A stretch of 64,000 nucleotides of DNA from Candidatus Saganbacteria bacterium (GCA_016219705.1 JACRKQ010000024.1:479-64478), one strand, 5' to 3'; positions 28,123-38,037 are shown, numbered from the stretch's first letter. Notes: a model not told the origin generated them from the letters alone. Program-made: numbers and translations.

Positions 28123-30236
28123 GAACAAAAAGGCCCGTAATGGCCCATAGTGGTCAAAACGGCAAAGGACGAAAATGGCTAAAACGAGAAAAAGGTAAAA
28201 GTCTTTTTAGCCTTTATTGCCTTTTGCCCTTTATCGCTTTATGGGCCTTTATGGGCCCTTCATTTTTTGTCAGCGTTTCATTCGCTAGCGACGGTTATTC
28301 CTTCGACCCTTCCAGCCGGCCTTTTTCCGCCCGGCAATTAGGCCTGGGTGGTGTGGGAGTAGCGTTTGCCAACGATGCCAATAGCCTTTTCACCAATACA
28401 GCTAGCCTGGCCAATATAAAGTTCCCTCAATTAGTCGGTTCTTCCCGTAAAATCTTATTGGAAGCTTCCCAATATACCCAGGCAGCCGTGGCTGTGCCGA
28501 CAGAATGGGGAATATTTGGTTTAGGCTATACCGGACTTAACGCCAGCGGTTCACTGCCCACCACGCGCGACCCCGCCAACGGTCGAATTATCATCGATGC
28601 CAGCCGTGAAGCAATTGGCAATGGAAACAATGTCTTGTCTTTCAGCTACGCGAAGAAAATCAGGCCAAACCTGGCTTGGGGCGCCAGTTATAAAATATTC
28701 AACCAATCATTAAGCGGCGGTTTTGTCAGCCAGGCTAATGCCGCCGGACTCGACCTTTCAGCTGTTTATAAACCTTTCAACTGGTTAACCGCCAGCATGA
28801 ATTTACAAAATTTGCTGGAAGGCAGCCTGCAGTGGTCCGGCAGCGGCAGCGGCGATAAAATCGGCGGCTTTTACAGTATTAGCTGTCAGGTAAATTTATT
28901 AGGCGGCAGTTGGGAGGCCATACGACCCAATAAGCAAAAATTAGATGTCGGGATAGATATTAATCTCCCCCACAACCGCCTCTCTTCCTCCCCAACTTAC
29001 GGCTTGGGCCTGGAATATTTTCCTCTGCCGAAGTTAGCTCTGCGAACTGGATTTAATGCAAATGGTCTGACCTGGGGACTGGGATTGACCAGCAGTGGTT
29101 TCCGTTTTGATTACGCTTTTCTGCAGCAGGCTGACATCCCCGGCGATTCCCCGCATTATTTTTCCCTAGCCTATGTCGGAGAGTTGATCACCAATGTTTA
29201 CTATAAGCTTAAAAAGAAAATTGCCGGCATCGTGTTATTACAACCTAAAGAGCGCTTTATTACCGACCAGCCGGAGATAAAAATCAATTTTCAGGCCAAG
29301 GAAAAACGTATTGTTGAAGAAAAAACTGTTTGGACAGTTTCGGCTTTGTCGGAAACTTTCGAGACGAAAGAATTGACCGAGGAAGCAAACTTACCTTTGG
29401 TTTATTTGAATGGCTTCAAATTTGACCAAACGGGGACGATCGAGACAGCGGTGCCGCTGCAGTTCGGCCGCAATGTCCTGGAATTAGTCGCCTTTAGCAC
29501 GCCGGAAACAGTCAGCGGCCGCCTCACGGCAGAAGTCTCCAGCGCTTCCACTGAAGTAAAAGTCTTACGCATCAAGCCCTTCAGCGACACGCCGTTAACC
29601 CATTGGGCGCTGGAACCGATCGCCCTTAATGTGACGCTTGGCCTGGTGACCGGCTATCCCGACGAAAGTTTTAAACCGGAAAAGGGAATCTCCAGAGCGG
29701 AGCTGGTGGCTTTATTGGTCAGAACTCTGCCTCCCCCGCAATCTGAAGAAGCGGCCGCGGCCGGGAAATTTAAAGATGTCCCGGCAAACCATTGGGCGGC
29801 AGAATTCATAATCACCGGTGTTGACAAAGGTTTTGTCACCGGTTATCCTGGTAATTTATTTAAGCCTAATAAAATCCTTTCTCGCGCTGAAGGGGTAACA
29901 ATCATGACCCGTTATGCCAGTTTAGCGGGGGAAACTATTTTGCCGGCGCCTTTCGCTGATTTGCCGGAAAATTTTTGGGCCAATAAATTTATTGCGGCGG
30001 CAAAAAGCGGCGGCTTGCTTCAATATTTAGAGGGGAAGAATTTCGCTCCGGCGGCTGATTTTAGCCGGGCGGAAGCCTGTGAAATCCTTTATCGCACGCC
30101 GGAGATCCGCGATCGCGTTGAACGTTTCTGGGAGACTGGCATTATCGGTGAAGCCCCGCCGCCAAGTTTCACGACAACACAGGAAATCATTCCTCTTTCT
30201 CCGCCGCCAGCGAAAAGCCCCACCCGTTGGTTTTAA
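28119..30236 (+). CDS. PorV/PorQ-like beta-barrel protein with three C-terminal SLH domains (705 aa)
   Basis: ATGA overlap with the upstream gene. ARQLGLGGVGVAFANDANSLFTNTASLA motif. Three tandem repeats carry the SLH consensus (F.D.P..HWA...I......G...GY....F.P....SRAE) at 29580-30094. Confidence 0.75.
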   Translation: MRTKRPVMAHSGQNGKGRKWLKREKGKSLFSLYCLLPFIALWAFMGPSFFVSVSFASDGYSFDPSSRPFSARQLGLGGVGVAFANDANSLFTNTASLANIKFPQLVGSSRKILLEASQYTQAAVAVPTEWGIFGLGYTGLNASGSLPTTRDPANGRIIIDASREAIGNGNNVLSFSYAKKIRPNLAWGASYKIFNQSLSGGFVSQANAAGLDLSAVYKPFNWLTASMNLQNLLEGSLQWSGSGSGDKIGGFYSISCQVNLLGGSWEAIRPNKQKLDVGIDINLPHNRLSSSPTYGLGLEYFPLPKLALRTGFNANGLTWGLGLTSSGFRFDYAFLQQADIPGDSPHYFSLAYVGELITNVYYKLKKKIAGIVLLQPKERFITDQPEIKINFQAKEKRIVEEKTVWTVSALSETFETKELTEEANLPLVYLNGFKFDQTGTIETAVPLQFGRNVLELVAFSTPETVSGRLTAEVSSASTEVKVLRIKPFSDTPLTHWALEPIALNVTLGLVTGYPDESFKPEKGISRAELVALLVRTLPPPQSEEAAAAGKFKDVPANHWAAEFIITGVDKGFVTGYPGNLFKPNKILSRAEGVTIMTRYASLAGETILPAPFADLPENFWANKFIAAAKSGGLLQYLEGKNFAPAADFSRAEACEILYRTPEIRDRVERFWETGIIGEAPPPSFTTTQEIIPLSPPPAKSPTRWF
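28127..28260. repeat. Long imperfect palindromic repeat element, copy A (inside the 5' end of the 705-aa ORF)
   Basis: The A/G-rich arm (AAAAGGCCCGTAATGGCCCATAG...) is roughly 70% complementary to the T/C-rich arm (...CTTTATGGGCCTTTATGGGCCC). Shares GGCCCGTAATGGC, CTTTTTAGCCTTT, TTTGCCCTTTA and TATGGGCCTTTA blocks with 33162-33290. Confidence 0.85.
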
Positions 30237-32511
30237 TCGTAATCGCCCCGTGCTGATCGGTGCGGAGATAATTAACGCCGGCAGAGATTAACCGGTCCAA
30301 GGCGCTTTTATGAGGATGATGGTATTTATTATGTCGGCCGCAGGAGATCAAACCAAGTTTTGGTTTAACCGCCTCGAGAAAATCAGTTGAAGAAGCTGTC
30401 GCGCTCCCATGATGACCAATTTTTAATACATCAGCTCGTAAACTGCCAGGACCAAACATCCCCAGTAGTTCTCTTTCTTCCTCAATCTCCTCATCACCAA
30501 CGAAAAGCATCCGGAAGCGGCGGAAAGCCAGACGAAAAACAATCGAAGCATTATTAACATTATCTTCTCCCATAACCAGATTGTCTGCCGATGGCGCCAG
30601 GACTAAACCCAATGTTTCCTGATCAAAATTAATCCGCTCGCCCGCTCGCGCTAAATAATATTTAATTTGGTTCACCGCGATCAATTGGCGAAATCTTTGG
30701 TAGGCCAAAGAATCATAAATCAAGCCGGGTTCCATAACCGCTTTAATTTTAATTTTTCCGATTAATTCTAAAAGGCCGCTCAGGTGATCGTCATGCGGGT
30801 GGGTTAAAATGACCAGATCTAGCTGGCTGATTCCCTGACGCCGTAAATAAGGTAAAACAACTTTTTTCCCCAGCCCCTTACCCCCGCCATCAATTAAAAT
30901 ATTTTTACCATTAATTGTTTTAACAAATATTGAGTCCCCCTGCCCAACATCGAGCATGGTGATGGTTAACTGTCGAGCGTTAAAAGTCGCAGCTGAATGC
31001 CAGACAAATATGGCCACTACGGCCAAAGCCATGATTATCTTTGAGTACCTCTTAATTATCACCTTATTGCGCAGCCAGGCGACAAATAAAATTAAAGCGA
31101 GATAATAACCAATCAACAATGGTAAACTTGGCGTCGGTAAAAATATTACGGCCAGAGGACAGTTGGCCAAAGTTATTACCATTTTATCAGCCAGGAACAA
31201 AAGAATAAGATTCGCATTGGCCAGGACCGCCGCCAGCGGCAGATAAATTAATCCAATCAAGGTAGCGGCTCCGCCCAGGATAGTCAGGAGATCAATCCAC
31301 GGCAGTAAAAATAAATTTGTGACGCTGCCAATGATCGAGACCTGGTTAAAATGAAAAAGCGTAATTGGCGTCGTCGCCAATGTCGGGGCTAAAGCCACCG
31401 CCAAAATAGTCGTCGTGAAATGGGGGATTTTTGGCCAGAGGTCATTGATTTTTTGGCTGATGGCCGGCGCAATGTAAAAGAGCGACCAGGTAGCCGCAAA
31501 AGTGAGCTGGAAACCGATATCAAACAGAAAATGCGGCTGCCAGAGCAGGAGGACAAAGACGGAAATAGCTAATGAAACATAAGCCTCTCCTTCACGCTCA
31601 AACAACCAAGCCAGCAGCATAATTTCCGACATAACCAGCGCCCGCAGAACTGACGCGCCCCACCCCACCATCAAAGCATAAATTATGTTGACCAGGCTAA
31701 TGATCAAAGCGCCCGGCCAAAGCGGCAAAGTTAAACTCTTAATAAAAAACATCCCAACATTGCTTAGTAAACTGATTTGCATGCCGGAGGCCACCAGCAA
31801 ATGCGCGACTCCCGCTTGTTTATAGGTCTCTTTGACGGAACTCGCCAGCTGCGCCGCTTGCGAACCAAAGACAATACTGTTTGACAGGGCGGCATAATAC
31901 TCTGGCAGAGTTTGTCGATTGATCGCTGCCAGTCGGGCGATTAAATCGAGACTAAAACGGACAAGAGGATTGCCGCCGTCGGAAGAAACAACGGTCACCG
32001 CCCCGTTGTTTGCTCTCATCTGGCAGGATATCCCCCGGCTCTTCAAATAATCAGCAAAAGTCGATAAACCGGGATTGGACAAGAAATCGAGATCAAGGAG
32101 AGGGCCGGTGACAACAACTTTATCGCCATAGGCAATTTTTTCCGCCGGCGCATTGATTAATACCAGGCCAGCCGCTGACTGATGATTGACAGCGGTAACC
32201 CGGACAATAAAATTTATCCGATCGGACTGGATCCCGGGCGGCTCACACACCCAGCCATGCAATTCAACAAAAGCCGGCTTCGGCAGAGCGGCGATATCAT
32301 TATTTAATGGCCCGAGCATCCGAATCTGATAATTTATAAAACCGAGAAGAAATAAAATCGTTAAAAGCATTAAGCCGCGATGAGACTTGATGAAACTTGC
32401 CGCAATTAAAGCAAATATAAATAATACCAGCAGACAGAGAAAATAAATATTGACTGGTAAAAGATAAGCAACGGCAATACCGATAACATAAGCGGTAATC
32501 AAGGGGATCAC
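30187..32511 (-). CDS. comEC: DNA internalisation competence protein ComEC/Rec2 with a metallo-beta-lactamase domain
   Basis: Many TM helices. C-terminal LTHPHDDHLSG and GHHGS motifs. Confidence 0.9.
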   Translation of the reverse strand: MIPLITAYVIGIAVAYLLPVNIYFLCLLVLFIFALIAASFIKSHRGLMLLTILFLLGFINYQIRMLGPLNNDIAALPKPAFVELHGWVCEPPGIQSDRINFIVRVTAVNHQSAAGLVLINAPAEKIAYGDKVVVTGPLLDLDFLSNPGLSTFADYLKSRGISCQMRANNGAVTVVSSDGGNPLVRFSLDLIARLAAINRQTLPEYYAALSNSIVFGSQAAQLASSVKETYKQAGVAHLLVASGMQISLLSNVGMFFIKSLTLPLWPGALIISLVNIIYALMVGWGASVLRALVMSEIMLLAWLFEREGEAYVSLAISVFVLLLWQPHFLFDIGFQLTFAATWSLFYIAPAISQKINDLWPKIPHFTTTILAVALAPTLATTPITLFHFNQVSIIGSVTNLFLLPWIDLLTILGGAATLIGLIYLPLAAVLANANLILLFLADKMVITLANCPLAVIFLPTPSLPLLIGYYLALILFVAWLRNKVIIKRYSKIIMALAVVAIFVWHSAATFNARQLTITMLDVGQGDSIFVKTINGKNILIDGGGKGLGKKVVLPYLRRQGISQLDLVILTHPHDDHLSGLLELIGKIKIKAVMEPGLIYDSLAYQRFRQLIAVNQIKYYLARAGERINFDQETLGLVLAPSADNLVMGEDNVNNASIVFRLAFRRFRMLFVGDEEIEEERELLGMFGPGSLRADVLKIGHHGSATASSTDFLEAVKPKLGLISCGRHNKYHHPHKSALDRLISAGVNYLRTDQHGAITIKTNGWGFSLAAEKEE

Positions 32512-33128
32512 AAAGTAATCTGCCCCTTCATCTTCTCGAACTTCCCCTTGCCAATCCCTTTCACTTTCATCAGATCTTCAACTTTGGTGAATGGGCCATG
32601 AGTCCCGCGATACTCGATAATTTTTTTCGCGGTGGCCGGACCAATCCCCTTGACTTGGCGCAAGCTCGCTGCGGTCGCGGTGTTTAAACTAACTGGTCCT
32701 GAGTTAGCTTGAGGATGGCTTTTGGTTTGCGTCGATGGTTGATCGGCAGAGACAGGAGAAGGAAAAACTTTTTCCGGGACAATAATTTTTTGGCCGTCCT
32801 TTACTTTTTCGGCTAAATTTATGTTGTGCAAATCGGCTGTCGGCCGCGCCCCGCCCGCTAATTTAAGGACATCAAGGATGCGATCGTCAGGCGCCAGACG
32901 ATAGACGCCAGCGCGCCTTACCGCTCCGGAAATATGGACTAAAATCTTGGCTGGTTCTTCCTGGGCGACGGGCAGATGATCAGTGATTGGCGCTGGAGCT
33001 AGAATTTCATTGGCAGTTTGGGGAGCCAAATGACGAAAAAGCAGGACCAACAGACCAGCAGTGATTATCAAAATTAAACCGAGAATAATTAATAGTTGTT
33101 TACGATTGGCGGCTAACTCATCCAACAT
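32508..33128 (-). CDS. comEA: Competence protein ComEA (SLBB + helix-hairpin-helix DNA binding)
   Basis: N-terminal TM segment. LNTATAASLRQVKGIGPATAKKIIEYR HhH motif. 4-nt overlap with comEC. Confidence 0.88.
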   Translation of the reverse strand: MLDELAANRKQLLIILGLILIITAGLLVLLFRHLAPQTANEILAPAPITDHLPVAQEEPAKILVHISGAVRRAGVYRLAPDDRILDVLKLAGGARPTADLHNINLAEKVKDGQKIIVPEKVFPSPVSADQPSTQTKSHPQANSGPVSLNTATAASLRQVKGIGPATAKKIIEYRGTHGPFTKVEDLMKVKGIGKGKFEKMKGQITL

Positions 33129-33161
33129 ACCCGGCTTGTAGCAATTTTATTGCCAGAGAAA

Positions 33162-33290
33162 GAAAATGGCCCGTAATGGCAAAAAAGGCAAAGGGCTTAA
33201 AAGGTTGAAAAGTTAAAAAGGGCGGAAGCCTTTTTAGCCTTTCCACCCCTTTGCCCTTTAACTCTTTATGGGCCTTTACGGGCCTTTTCC
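33162..33290. repeat. Long imperfect palindromic repeat element, copy B (intergenic)
   Basis: Same sequence blocks as copy A. Fills the gap between the SLT-gene stop (33291) and the comEA start (33128). Confidence 0.85.
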
Positions 33291-33908
33291 CTAAATCTTA
33301 CGGTAAAGGGTAAGAATATCCTGCACATATCCGGCAGTTTTAGCGCTGTAGCCTTTTTTGCGTTCAATCCCGTTGGGACCTTCAAGATAACCGGCCAAGG
33401 CGAACATTACCGGATCGCTGTAATCTTTGAATTTATCCAGCAAATATTTCATATAACGGACAGTGCCTTTAGTATTATCATCAATATCAAAAGGATCGGT
33501 GACCCCAGTAGTCTTACAAGTTGCGGGCAAGAGCTGTCCCAAACCAACCGCCCCGCTGGAAGAGAGCGCCCGCGGATTGAATCCCGATTCGCGGCGCATT
33601 AACGCTGTCACCAGTTTAGGATTAACGCCATTGGCCCGGCTGTGCTTTATTATCGCGTCGGTCACTTCAGCGGCCTGTGCTGGTTGGCGGAAACGAAGGA
33701 TAAATTGGAGAATATCATGGCGGATCTTATCATCAACAATTTCAACTTTTGGTTCAATGCTGGAGACAGTAGTCGGCCTGATAATGCCATCAGAAGAAAT
33801 TGAGCTGATCGGCGGAAATGTCGTCGTCGAAGTCTGGTGACTGCCGCCGAGGCTGGAAAAAATCACAAAGACAAATAAAAGGGCTACTCCCGCGGCAGTT
33901 GGGTCCAT
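33291..33908 (-). CDS. Lytic transglycosylase (SLT domain) with N-terminal membrane anchor/signal
   Basis: MRRESGFNPRALSSSGAVGLGQLLPAT...ALAGYLEG matches the SLT E-S...GLxQ...AYNxG pattern. Confidence 0.85.
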   Translation of the reverse strand: MDPTAAGVALLFVFVIFSSLGGSHQTSTTTFPPISSISSDGIIRPTTVSSIEPKVEIVDDKIRHDILQFILRFRQPAQAAEVTDAIIKHSRANGVNPKLVTALMRRESGFNPRALSSSGAVGLGQLLPATCKTTGVTDPFDIDDNTKGTVRYMKYLLDKFKDYSDPVMFALAGYLEGPNGIERKKGYSAKTAGYVQDILTLYRKI

Positions 33909-33919
33909 CTCCCACCTAC

Positions 33920-36043
33920 TTAGTGAATTTTAGCTTCGTCTTCAGCCGTTACGGCTTTACGGGAAAGGTTGAGGCGCCCCATATCGTCGACTTCAACCAG
34001 CTTAACGACAATTTCATCGCCAACGGAGAGCTCATCCTCAACTTTAGCAATACGGCGCTGGGAAATTTGTGAAATATGGACCAACCCTTCTTTGCCGGGA
34101 ACTATTTCAACAAAAGCGCCAAAAGGCAGGATACGCGTCACTTTGCCGCGGAAAACATTGCCGACTTCCGGCTCAAACGTAATGTCCTCAATCATCCTGC
34201 GCGCCTGCCTCGCCCCTTCCTGGTCGCTGGAAGTGATCAAAACCCGGCCATCGTCTTCAATATCAATTTGGGCTTTGGTCTCTTCCACAATTTTCTTGAT
34301 CATCTTGCCGCCCGGACCGATGACCATGCCGATCTTTTCTGGATCAATCTGGATAACCGTCACTCGCGGCGCAAAAGGAGATAGCTCCGTACGCGGCGCC
34401 GCGATCGCCGCGATCATTTTCTGCAAAATGCTCAAGCGGGCAATTTTTGCTTTTTCTAAAATCTTTTCAATCAGGTCCAAAGCTAAGCCATCTGTCTTCA
34501 CGTCAACCTGAATAGCGGTAATCCCGCTGTCCGTCCCAGCGACTTTAAAGTCCATATCGCCGAGAAAATCTTCCAGCCCCTGGATATCCGTCAGTAAAAT
34601 TTCTTTTTTATCAGATTGGACCAGGCCAATGGAGATGCCAGCCACTGGTTTGCTGATCTTTACTCCGGCATCCATCAACGCCAGCGTGCTGGCGCAGGTC
34701 GAAGCCATCGAAGTCGAACCATTGGAAGCTAAGACCTCGGAAACCAGACGGATCGCATAGGGGAATTTGTCGTCGCCTGGGATAACAGGAACCAGGGCTT
34801 TTTCCGCCAAAGCTCCGTGGCCGATTTCCCGCCGGCCCGGTCCTCTCATCGGACGGACCTCACCGACAGAGAACGCCGGAAAATTATAATGGTGCATGTA
34901 GCGCTTGCCTTCTTCAGGACTAATGCCATCTAACTTCTGGCTTTCACCCAAACCGCCCAGCGTCGCCACGGTCAAAACCTGGGTCTGCCCGCGCGAAAAG
35001 AGCGCCGACCCATGGACGCGCGGTAAAATATTAACTTCGCAATTAATTTCGCGGATCTCTTCAAAAGAGCGCCCATCAGGACGTTTGCCTTCTTCCAAAA
35101 TCAGGCGGCGGACGAATTCTTTTTCAATTGCGGCCATAACATAATTAATATCAGCAGGGGAATCGACCAAAGCTTTTTTAAGTTCTTCATCACAGCCATC
35201 TCTGATTAAAACCTTAATTTCTTCTTTGAGCCGCGCGATCTCATCAATGCGCTTTTCTTCTTCAGCTAAATAAACCGCCTTCTTCAACCGATCAGCGGCA
35301 TGATCATTGATGAATTTTTCCAAACGTTCATTCGGTTTATGCAGTTTCACTGCTACCCGGGGCTTACCAGCCACTTTGATTAATTCCTGCTGTAATTTAA
35401 TGATCTCTCTGATCCGTTTGTGGGCTTCAGCCAGAGCATTAAGGATATCGGCTTCTGATACCTGGTTCGAGCCGCATTCTATCATTAGTATTTTTTCTAT
35501 CGTCCCGGCAGCGACAAGATCCATCGTCGCCGCAGCCATTTCTGAAGTTGGCGGGTCAACGACAAATTTGCCAGCGATCTTGGCCACACGGGCGGCCGCC
35601 ACCGGCCCCTTAAAAGGGATGCCGGAAATTGCTAGGGCGGCCGAGGCGCCGATAATCGCTAAAATGTCGGGAGGATTTTCCTGGTCAACAGACAATGGCG
35701 TGATGACAATCTGCACATCATTAAGGAAACCTTTGGGAAATAAAGGCCTAATCGGCCGGTCAATGCGTCGGGCGGTCAGGATTGCCGCTTCGGTCGCCTT
35801 CCCTTCACGTTTAAAAAATCCACCAGGAATCCGACCAACCGAATAAAGTTTTTCTTCAAAATCAACCAGAAGAGGGAAAAAATCGATCCCCGGACGCGGC
35901 GTTTCCGCCATGACGGCCGTGGCCAGAACCATCGTATCACCCAGGCGGACGATAACGGAACCATCAGCTTCTTTGGCTAAACGGCCGGTCTCCATAGAAA
36001 GAATCTTGCCGGATCCAAGATCTAATTCAACTTTTTTGATCAT
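33920..36043 (-). CDS. pnp: Polyribonucleotide nucleotidyltransferase (PNPase)
   Basis: Full-length 707 aa with two RNase PH domains, KH and a C-terminal S1 ([15 protein letters not shown]). Confidence 0.97.
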   Translation of the reverse strand: MIKKVELDLGSGKILSMETGRLAKEADGSVIVRLGDTMVLATAVMAETPRPGIDFFPLLVDFEEKLYSVGRIPGGFFKREGKATEAAILTARRIDRPIRPLFPKGFLNDVQIVITPLSVDQENPPDILAIIGASAALAISGIPFKGPVAAARVAKIAGKFVVDPPTSEMAAATMDLVAAGTIEKILMIECGSNQVSEADILNALAEAHKRIREIIKLQQELIKVAGKPRVAVKLHKPNERLEKFINDHAADRLKKAVYLAEEEKRIDEIARLKEEIKVLIRDGCDEELKKALVDSPADINYVMAAIEKEFVRRLILEEGKRPDGRSFEEIREINCEVNILPRVHGSALFSRGQTQVLTVATLGGLGESQKLDGISPEEGKRYMHHYNFPAFSVGEVRPMRGPGRREIGHGALAEKALVPVIPGDDKFPYAIRLVSEVLASNGSTSMASTCASTLALMDAGVKISKPVAGISIGLVQSDKKEILLTDIQGLEDFLGDMDFKVAGTDSGITAIQVDVKTDGLALDLIEKILEKAKIARLSILQKMIAAIAAPRTELSPFAPRVTVIQIDPEKIGMVIGPGGKMIKKIVEETKAQIDIEDDGRVLITSSDQEGARQARRMIEDITFEPEVGNVFRGKVTRILPFGAFVEIVPGKEGLVHISQISQRRIAKVEDELSVGDEIVVKLVEVDDMGRLNLSRKAVTAEDEAKIH

Positions 36044-36306
36044 CTAATCCCTAATCCAGACAAGAGGTTGGTATAGCGGAGGCTATCCTCTCTTTGAAGA
36101 TAGATCAATAATTTTTTGCGCTGGCTGACCAATAACAGCAGGCCGCGGCGGCTATGATTATCCTTATTGTTTTTTTTCAAATGCTCAACCAATTGGTTGA
36201 TTCGTTCCGTCAAAAGCGCCACCTGAACTTCCGGAGAACCGGTATCGCCTTTTGACCGTGAATATTTTTTAATTACCTCGTTTTTAATTTCTTTTTTTAA
36301 TACCAT
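36040..36306 (-). CDS. rpsO: 30S ribosomal protein S15
   Basis: 88 aa with [17 protein letters not shown]...HLK.NKKD.HSRRGLL. Confidence 0.96.
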   Translation of the reverse strand: MVLKKEIKNEVIKKYSRSKGDTGSPEVQVALLTERINQLVEHLKKNNKDNHSRRGLLLLVSQRKKLLIYLQREDSLRYTNLLSGLGIR

Positions 36307-36338
36307 GATTGTTTGATTATAACATAGCCGATAATAAC

Positions 36339-37199
36339 TTACAACAATTTTACTCTGTTTATGTCCCGACTAATCTGTTTTTTTAATTGGGCGGCATCAG
36401 CAAATTGTTTTTCCGCGCGCAATCTTTTAAAAAGCGCAACAGTGATCTTTTTTCCTCTCAAGCTGCCGTGGAAATCAAGCAGGTGCGCTTCCACCAGCGT
36501 CTGGCCGGCGCCAAAAGTCGGTCGGCGGCCGATATTGACAGCGCATTTTTTATCTCCCGCCAATCCAGCATAAACGCCAGGCGCCGGAAGCAATTTATCA
36601 GGAGAAATCCGCATATTAGCCGTCGGAAAACCCAGTTTTGTCCCCCGCCCCGCCCCGCGCACGACTTTACCGCTCAACTGGTAAGGATGCCCCAGAAGTT
36701 TAATCGCTTGAGTAAAGCCGCCTTGACTGATTAATTGCCGAATAACGCTCGACTTAACGGGATAATGGCCAACTTTTACGGCGGGGACAACATGAACTTG
36801 AAAACCATATTTTTGGCCAAGATGCTTCAAGCTGGCGACATCCCCGCCCCGCGCTTGGCCAAAAGCAAAATCGAACCCGACAAAGACTTGACGCACCCCC
36901 AGGCGATCGACCAGGCAGCGCTTGACAAAAGCGGCCGCGGAGAGACGACGCAAATGCCGACTAAATTTCATTACGACGACTTTAGCCACGCCCAATTGAC
37001 AGAGAAGAATTTTTCGCTCTTTGATATCTGTTAAGAGCTTAAGCCCCCGCTCCGGGGCGATAACTTGCTGCGGATGAGGAGCAAAAGTCATGGCTAAACA
37101 AATTGTTTTTAATTTTTTTGCGCTGGTGATCGCTTCATTGATCACTTTCTGATGGCCAAGATGGACGCCATCAAACGTCCCCAACGCAACAATACTCAT
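36339..37199 (-). CDS. ribF: Bifunctional riboflavin kinase / FAD synthetase
   Basis: [17 protein letters not shown] and a C-terminal kinase domain (GFPTAN, E.H.LDF). Confidence 0.92.
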   Translation of the reverse strand: MSIVALGTFDGVHLGHQKVINEAITSAKKLKTICLAMTFAPHPQQVIAPERGLKLLTDIKERKILLCQLGVAKVVVMKFSRHLRRLSAAAFVKRCLVDRLGVRQVFVGFDFAFGQARGGDVASLKHLGQKYGFQVHVVPAVKVGHYPVKSSVIRQLISQGGFTQAIKLLGHPYQLSGKVVRGAGRGTKLGFPTANMRISPDKLLPAPGVYAGLAGDKKCAVNIGRRPTFGAGQTLVEAHLLDFHGSLRGKKITVALFKRLRAEKQFADAAQLKKQISRDINRVKLL

Positions 37200-38017
37200 T
37201 GCACAAAAACGCTTTTCACCCAGAACGTCACTGACTGGATATAATAAGCTCCGGGTCCAAACAATAATTGAGAGAGAATTAACGTGCCAAAAACCCGTCC
37301 CATGACAATATAGAACACTACAGTGCGGACATCGGCTTCTCTTCTTTGGCCGCGCGCCGCCTGGTCCGTAATATGGGCCGCAATTGGATCAACCATTAAA
37401 GTAAAAAGAATCGTCGCCAGGCCGTTGACAATACCAGAAAGCTGGGTCGCGGTGGTGCGAAATTCCGGGACCAAAGCTCCCGCCATGAGGGAACAGAGAA
37501 CGCCGATTGCGTAAATTGAGACCATGAACAAATTTAGCCAGAGGAAAAGAATCGGTATTCCTTTAAGGGAAATCCCTTTAAATGAATCTAACGTCGGCAG
37601 GCGGAAGCTGACAGCAATTTTGGCCAGATTTTTCGGCTTTAAGCCGTAGAAGATCAGGCCGGGGACATGACCAATTTGGTCAAAGCGTTTGATAGCTTTG
37701 GTAAAGATCGCGACGGCAAAAGGAACCAGCAACGCCCCGATCAAATTACCAACAAAAGCCGCCAGGATAATGAAACGGAAATTAAGCCAAAGGATAGAGA
37801 TATCATTGTGTAAGATCGCGGCGTCGACCATGCCCCCCAAAAGCGGCGCCTGGAGCATATTGGACATGCGGGAAATCAGAAGCGAGGCATTAACAAAAGA
37901 GAGCGAAAGCGCCAGCTGTTTGGTCCGCACTCCGGTCAGACGCATCGAGGAAGAAATCGTTTCGGTAAAATGGATCAAGGCGGTAAAGCAGCAGACAACC
38001 AACAAAGGGATACTCAT
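37196..38017 (-). CDS. amj: Polytopic membrane protein, probable lipid II flippase Amj family (DUF2837)
   Basis: 273 aa with about 6-7 TM segments. The N-terminal LIHFTETISSSMRLTGVRTKQLALSLS...ISRMSNMLQAPLLG resembles Amj/YdaH as I remember it. Confidence 0.5.
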   Translation of the reverse strand: MSIPLLVVCCFTALIHFTETISSSMRLTGVRTKQLALSLSFVNASLLISRMSNMLQAPLLGGMVDAAILHNDISILWLNFRFIILAAFVGNLIGALLVPFAVAIFTKAIKRFDQIGHVPGLIFYGLKPKNLAKIAVSFRLPTLDSFKGISLKGIPILFLWLNLFMVSIYAIGVLCSLMAGALVPEFRTTATQLSGIVNGLATILFTLMVDPIAAHITDQAARGQRREADVRTVVFYIVMGRVFGTLILSQLLFGPGAYYIQSVTFWVKSVFVQ

Positions 38018-38037
38018 ATATTTTTAATTATACTATA

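Noticed and set aside
33969-35846. Long antisense ORFs in the six-frame track: 33969-34511, 34076-34384 and 35307-35846 opposite pnp. Similar cases are 13674-14273 opposite pyrD, 44435-44914 opposite ribBA, 22697-23209 opposite coaE and the K-rich protein gene, 43007-43387, 36387-36734, and 9192-9521/9416-9742/9560-9883.
   Set aside because: Each lies entirely opposite a gene with strong family motifs. They have low-complexity S/A/R/P-rich translations typical of shadow ORFs and no SD or sensible start context.
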